DNA of 64,000 nucleotides from Candidatus Magasanikiibacteriota bacterium (GTDB lineage Bacteria; Patescibacteriota; Patescibacteriia; Magasanikbacterales; UBA922): NCBI GenBank assembly GCA_016207245.1, contig JACQQA010000005.1, positions 68 to 64,067 of the forward strand, read 5' to 3'. Shown piece by piece: positions 59,650 to 64,000 of this stretch (position 1 is its first letter; each line of letters starts with the position of its first letter). The notes under the pieces were generated by a model. It saw only the letters and a program-made list of their open reading frames with translations, ran no database searches and was not told where the DNA came from. The position numbers and the translations under genes were made by a program.

Positions 59650-60276
59650 ATGGAAAGAGATCCTTTTTCCAAAAACAGTCTGACGAAAGAGCAAAAGACG
59701 GGTTTTGTCTTATTGTTGATTTTTGGTATTCTGGCAATTGGTTTGGGGCTTCTGCAAATGCGCAATACGATTTACGGGCCGTTTGTCATCAGGTTGAGCG
59801 ATAAAACCGATACCGCGAATCAAGAGGCAAGTTTGTTAAACGACGAAGCCAGACTGCAGAGCATTGACACTGACCGCGACGGCTTGAATGATTTTGAGGA
59901 ATTGAATTTTTACGAAACTTCGCCGTATCTGGCTGACACTGACTCCGATGGTTTGAATGATAAAGTGGAAATTGAAAAAGGCGGGAACCCATTATGTCCG
60001 GAAGGCGAAGCCTGCGAAACGAATGAAACCGTGGTTCCGGCCGCGACCACGACTTTGGATTTTGTTTCGCCCTTAGTCAATCTGGAAGTGCCAACCGACA
60101 CCGGTTTGGAGTCTTTGGCGGATTTGCAAAAAGTCTTAAACGATCCCAAGCAGATCAGGCAATTATTTTTATCAACCGGAAAAATTTCCGCCGATGATTT
60201 GAGCAAAATCAGCGACGCGGAATTGATGAAGATGGTGGATGAGATTGTGGCGGAGAATGGGGGAGTGCCGCAGTGA
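59650..60276 (+). CDS. membrane-anchored protein with thrombospondin type-3-like calcium-binding repeats
   Basis: ATG at 59650. TM helix (GFVLLLIFGILAIGL), then DTDRDGLNDFEE and DTDSDGLNDKVE repeats. Confidence 0.6.
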   Translation: MERDPFSKNSLTKEQKTGFVLLLIFGILAIGLGLLQMRNTIYGPFVIRLSDKTDTANQEASLLNDEARLQSIDTDRDGLNDFEELNFYETSPYLADTDSDGLNDKVEIEKGGNPLCPEGEACETNETVVPAATTTLDFVSPLVNLEVPTDTGLESLADLQKVLNDPKQIRQLFLSTGKISADDLSKISDAELMKMVDEIVAENGGVPQ

Positions 60277-60340
60277 TAGATACCAATATACAAAAGGATG
60301 GAAGGTGGTGTGCAGTGACGTAAGAAGAAGCAGTAAGCGG

Positions 60341-60478
60341 CTTGTCATCCCCGCGGTCGATCTTGTCATCCCCTTGAAAAAGGGGATCCAAAAATCGAAA
60401 AAAATCGCACATCTGGGTTCCCGCTTTCGCGGGAATGACAACGCGATTTCTGGGTTCCCGCTTTCGCGGGAATGACAA
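60341..60478. repeat. cluster of hairpin repeats including a 30-nt unit duplicated with a 37-nt period
   Basis: ttgtcatcccc occurs twice at 60341-60389. tctgggttcccgctttcgcgggaatgacaa occurs at 60412-60441 and again at 60449-60478. Confidence 0.85.
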
Positions 60479-60521
60479 GACAAACATAAATGAATTAGGT
60501 GAATTTAAAGTTAGTATATCT

Positions 60522-63500
60522 ATGTATTTTGCCGGTAAGACAAAGAAAGGTTTACTGATAAGCGTAATCACGCTACTGATTTTTATTGAATTTTTTGGTT
60601 TGGTGTTATTGCCAAAAGAAGCGAGAGCCCAAGCGACGGAAGTTTTTGGAGGTCCGGTAGAAGTAAATGTTGCAACCGATGCGCAGGCGGCAAAGAAAGA
60701 AGTAAAAGAAACTGTCGGCGCGCAGTTGTTGGGGAGCGCGCTCGGCGCGCTGGTGCATGGTTTTTCGTATTTTATGCGCAAACTGGCCTACGACTCCGCG
60801 ATGTATGTGGCGAACGGCGGCAAGGGGCAGGGAGCGCTGGCTTTCAAGCAGGGGTTTGGCGATTATTTGCAGACAGTAGCCTTAGATTCGGCGGCTGACG
60901 CTATCGGCGAGCTTGGCAAGCCGTTCGGCCTTAATCTTTGCAAGCCGCCGGATTTGAATTTTCAGGTGTTTTTGCAGATTGGTTTGCGCGGACTATATTT
61001 TGGCGATGCCGCCGGCGGACCTCAGCCGAATTGCAAATGGCAGGATATGAAAGGCGCGTGGGAAAACGCCGATGAGCAATATTTTGGCGAGAACGGCCAG
61101 CTGACGTCGGAAAAAATGTTCAGCAACGCTTTGCGTTTTGAAAATACGGATTTCGGCGTCGCGGTCGGAGCGGTGGAGAGGGTTGACCGCATTCAATCAA
61201 AACAAGTGGCCGGCGCGTCGGCGCAAAGAGCGGAAGGCGAAGGGTTTAAGGCGGCGACGGATTTAATCACCGGCAATGTCAAAACGCCGGCGCAGGTAAT
61301 CAAAGAAGAAACTTATTCAGCCACGAATAAACACCAATCAACTTTGACCGCGAGCCAAGTCGGCGGCATTTACGGCAGCGGCGCTTTGCAGGTAATTCCT
61401 TTGGCCGGGTCGGTTTTTCTTAATACTTTGGCGACCGAGGGCATAAAAAATCTGCAAAAATATTTTCTTTCTTTGTTTGACGAAAGCAGCGGTGGCGGTG
61501 AAGATGCCTCCAGTGTGATGAGTTTTGAATCAGCCGGGTTTCAGCAGAATTTAAAAAAAGCCAAAGAAATTTTTTCCAGCTTTTTGGCGGTTAAGATTGA
61601 TCAAAGAGAAAATTATGATTTGCTGACCGAGTTCACCACTTGTCCGGACACGGCGCCGACAATTCCGGGATTGAACAATTGCGTGATGGACGACAGTTTG
61701 CGCGAAGCCGTGCGCCGCGCCGACACCGGCGAGCCGATGACGATCAGGGAAGCGATGAAAGAAGGATTATTGAAAGGCGATTGGATTTTAGCTTCTCCGC
61801 GCCGAGTGGCTGACAACACGAGTTATGGTTGTTACAAAAACGCTTATTGCTATTCAAATATCCAAAAATTGCGCCGGAGCCGGATTCTGCCGCTGGGTTT
61901 TGAAATCGCGGCTTTGCTGGCCGACCCCGATCATCCGCAGGAAAAATGGACTTTGCAATATGTGGTTGATCATTTTGATGATTGCAAATATTCCAAAGAT
62001 TCCGGCGGTAATGTCATTATTGAACCGGACGCAGGTAATTATCCGTACTGCCGTTTGATTGATCCAAATTGGATTATCAAGTCGCCGGATACGCGGTGCA
62101 ACGGCATGGTTTACAGCTCAAATTTAATTGACCAAACCAGCGGTTTGCGCGCGCAGGAATGCGTTGACGCGCAGACTTGCATTAAAGAAAAAGCCGACGG
62201 CAGCTGCGATTTTTTCGGCTATTGCGCGCGTGAGAAGAAAGTCTGGCGTTTGCCTGGCGAGGCTTGCGAATCATACAACAATACTTGCACCACTTATACA
62301 TCCGGCGATGGGGCATTCGTTTCTTATCTGGCCAAAACCGTGGATTACGGCGAGTGCAATTTTGACAGCGTCGGCTGTTTGGCATATAGCACGGAAAAAG
62401 AAGGCGGCGATTGGGTCGCAAGCATTAACGCTAAAGATAAAGATTACAAAAATTACGGTCGGAACCAGGCGCTGTTTTTCAACGAGAGGATAAAAAATTA
62501 CAGCTGTTCAGCGTCGGATAACGGCTGCAGTGGGTTTTATCTCGGCACTTTAAAAAGCGGAACAACAGACGAATATATAAATAATTATGATAAGCCGATT
62601 TTTGTTAAAAAAGCGCCGGACTATTTGGGCTGTTATGATATAAATCAGAATCAGAATTCACCAATGATTAATTGGCCGCAAACCAAACCGGAGTTGGGCC
62701 AAGTAAGCCAAGACAAGAAATGCGCTGATTTCGCGCAGGTTTGTCTGCCGGAAGAAGTCGGCTGCGATTCTTACACGCCCAAGAAAGGCACTTATTCCAC
62801 GTCGATTCCGGGTATTGCCGGAGAAGAAAATAAATGCGACGCGAGCTGTGTCGGTTACGATACTTTCAAACAAAACGCGACCAATTTCGCGCCATCTGAG
62901 TTCCCGCTTTATTTTATTCCCGATAACGGCAAGTCTTGTCCGGGCGATTACGCGGGGTGCGATGAATTTACCAACATTGACGAATTAGCCAAAGGCGGCG
63001 AGGGGCTTGAATACTACACCGACATTAAATATTGCGAATTGCCGAATGACAAAAATCAGAAAGTATTTTATTCGTGGTATGGCTCAATGAGCGAAGGTTA
63101 TGTTTTGAAATTGCATAAACTGCGGCCGGTCATCGATAAAGATTTGGCATATTTGGAGTCAATGGAAGATAATAATTTAATTGATTTGCAAAATTTAGGC
63201 AACGAAACCGTTGATGATGTTTTTCCTCTCGGCTCGCCGGCTTACGCGACTGATAATCCGGAAAAATTAGCGGAACTTTATACAAGTTGCAATGCCGCCG
63301 GCTATAATAAATTAATCAACGGCGGAATGCCCGGCATTGACGGCACTGCCAGTTTAGACTGCCGCGCGTTGTATGATAAAGATGGCAAAGTTTATTATCG
63401 TATTTTGAAAGATACGATCACCGTGTCGGAAGAATGCCATCCATTGCGAAAAACTACGGCATATTTTTATGATGACGCGGCGCTTACAACATCAGCAACT

Positions 63501-64000
63501 TGCGGAGAAAGAGGCGGGTATTGGAATAGCAACGTTTGCCAGCGCTGTACTAATGGCGGTATTTACAAAGACGGCGCCTGCGTTTATTGGGCGATTGCCA
63601 AACCGGGAGAGTCAGATTCCTGCAAGGGGCCTAGTAGCAATAAAGACGCGTATAACGGTTGCCGCGAATATGTGGGCAATGAGGGCAATGACACAAAGAC
63701 GGTTTTTAATCTGGATTTTGAGCCAATCGGCAATGATTTGAGCAAAGTGAAAGCCGGCTGGTCTCCCGCGGATAAAGTACAGGTGGTGTCCGAATCTGTT
63801 CAGGTTGGCTTGCACTCATTGCAAGTTACCGCCAATGTTAATTACTTAATCGCTTCCAGCACATTAGAAAAAGACGGCTGGTATAAATTATCTTTTTGGG
63901 CGCGGGGCAAGACAAAGTCGCTTGAGGTTATGTTTAGCCAATTTGACGGCGTCAATAAGCCAACCGGCGAGTTTACTTCGTTCGATTACAAAATCAGCAT
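60522..64000 (+). CDS. giant secreted Cys-rich protein, 3'-partial (at least 1159 codons, continues beyond the window)
   Basis: I translated the frame from ATG 60522 by hand and found no stop up to position 64000. It is absent from the ORF track, presumably because no stop codon closes it. N-terminal signal/TM (LLISVITLLIFIEFFGLVLLPKEARA), many Cys pairs, and the last ~100 aa look like a carbohydrate-binding jelly-roll. Confidence 0.8.
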   Translation, partial: MYFAGKTKKGLLISVITLLIFIEFFGLVLLPKEARAQATEVFGGPVEVNVATDAQAAKKEVKETVGAQLLGSALGALVHGFSYFMRKLAYDSAMYVANGGKGQGALAFKQGFGDYLQTVALDSAADAIGELGKPFGLNLCKPPDLNFQVFLQIGLRGLYFGDAAGGPQPNCKWQDMKGAWENADEQYFGENGQLTSEKMFSNALRFENTDFGVAVGAVERVDRIQSKQVAGASAQRAEGEGFKAATDLITGNVKTPAQVIKEETYSATNKHQSTLTASQVGGIYGSGALQVIPLAGSVFLNTLATEGIKNLQKYFLSLFDESSGGGEDASSVMSFESAGFQQNLKKAKEIFSSFLAVKIDQRENYDLLTEFTTCPDTAPTIPGLNNCVMDDSLREAVRRADTGEPMTIREAMKEGLLKGDWILASPRRVADNTSYGCYKNAYCYSNIQKLRRSRILPLGFEIAALLADPDHPQEKWTLQYVVDHFDDCKYSKDSGGNVIIEPDAGNYPYCRLIDPNWIIKSPDTRCNGMVYSSNLIDQTSGLRAQECVDAQTCIKEKADGSCDFFGYCAREKKVWRLPGEACESYNNTCTTYTSGDGAFVSYLAKTVDYGECNFDSVGCLAYSTEKEGGDWVASINAKDKDYKNYGRNQALFFNERIKNYSCSASDNGCSGFYLGTLKSGTTDEYINNYDKPIFVKKAPDYLGCYDINQNQNSPMINWPQTKPELGQVSQDKKCADFAQVCLPEEVGCDSYTPKKGTYSTSIPGIAGEENKCDASCVGYDTFKQNATNFAPSEFPLYFIPDNGKSCPGDYAGCDEFTNIDELAKGGEGLEYYTDIKYCELPNDKNQKVFYSWYGSMSEGYVLKLHKLRPVIDKDLAYLESMEDNNLIDLQNLGNETVDDVFPLGSPAYATDNPEKLAELYTSCNAAGYNKLINGGMPGIDGTASLDCRALYDKDGKVYYRILKDTITVSEECHPLRKTTAYFYDDAALTTSATCGERGGYWNSNVCQRCTNGGIYKDGACVYWAIAKPGESDSCKGPSSNKDAYNGCREYVGNEGNDTKTVFNLDFEPIGNDLSKVKAGWSPADKVQVVSESVQVGLHSLQVTANVNYLIASSTLEKDGWYKLSFWARGKTKSLEVMFSQFDGVNKPTGEFTSFDYKIS

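Noticed and set aside
60412-60478. Possible CRISPR array (identical 30-nt palindromic units)
   Set aside because: There are only two copies, separated by 7 nt instead of a 25-40 nt spacer, and no cas genes are nearby. The unit belongs to the dispersed tgtcatYcc hairpin family.

Overview
This 64-kb window reads as one chromosomal segment of a small-genome, uncultivated bacterium. Gene content and style suggest a Patescibacteria/CPR (Parcubacteria-like) organism, but that is inference; no search was run. All functional calls come from motifs I recognise in the translated ORFs.

Housekeeping genes dominate: rodA/ftsW-like SEDS protein, rplY, yraN, nusA, ruvA, gyrA, rpsA, ftsH, clpP, nrnA, smc, mltG, queA, yhhQ, tgt, uvrD/pcrA-type helicase, yidC, groES, groEL, prfB, tsaC and rsmA. 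Between them lie secreted or surface proteins, including a 1228-aa phospholipase-C-like/lamin-tail/beta-helix protein. A giant Cys-rich ORF from 60522 runs off the window end; the ORF track misses it because it has no stop codon.

Accessory loci:
- a LexA-like S24 protein translationally overlapping a MazF/PemK toxin, followed by a pRiA4b-ORF3 family gene
- an AT-rich type II restriction-modification pair
- an AT-rich GNAT-fusion gene
- a DUF559 gene flanked by inverted repeats
- a decayed IS200/RAYT-type transposase fragment with REP-like hairpins
- a DUF4143 ATPase

Expression signals are unusually legible. Many genes have TTGACA-17-TATAAT promoters, almost none have a Shine-Dalgarno sequence, several mRNAs look leaderless, and a CIRCE-like operator sits before groES. 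TGA is used as a stop and RF2 is present, so genetic code 11 applies.

The most unusual feature is a set of short palindromic or word-like repeat families. They occur between genes and, without breaking the frame, inside conserved genes (tgt, queA, rsmA, uvrD, mltG, ruvA, tsaC, the DUF3048 gene and the O-antigen ligase). This recalls Rickettsia palindromic elements.

A roughly 550-nt highly structured non-coding locus at 52.4-52.96 kb has RNase P-like motifs, but I could not resolve its strand. No tRNA, rRNA or CRISPR array was seen.
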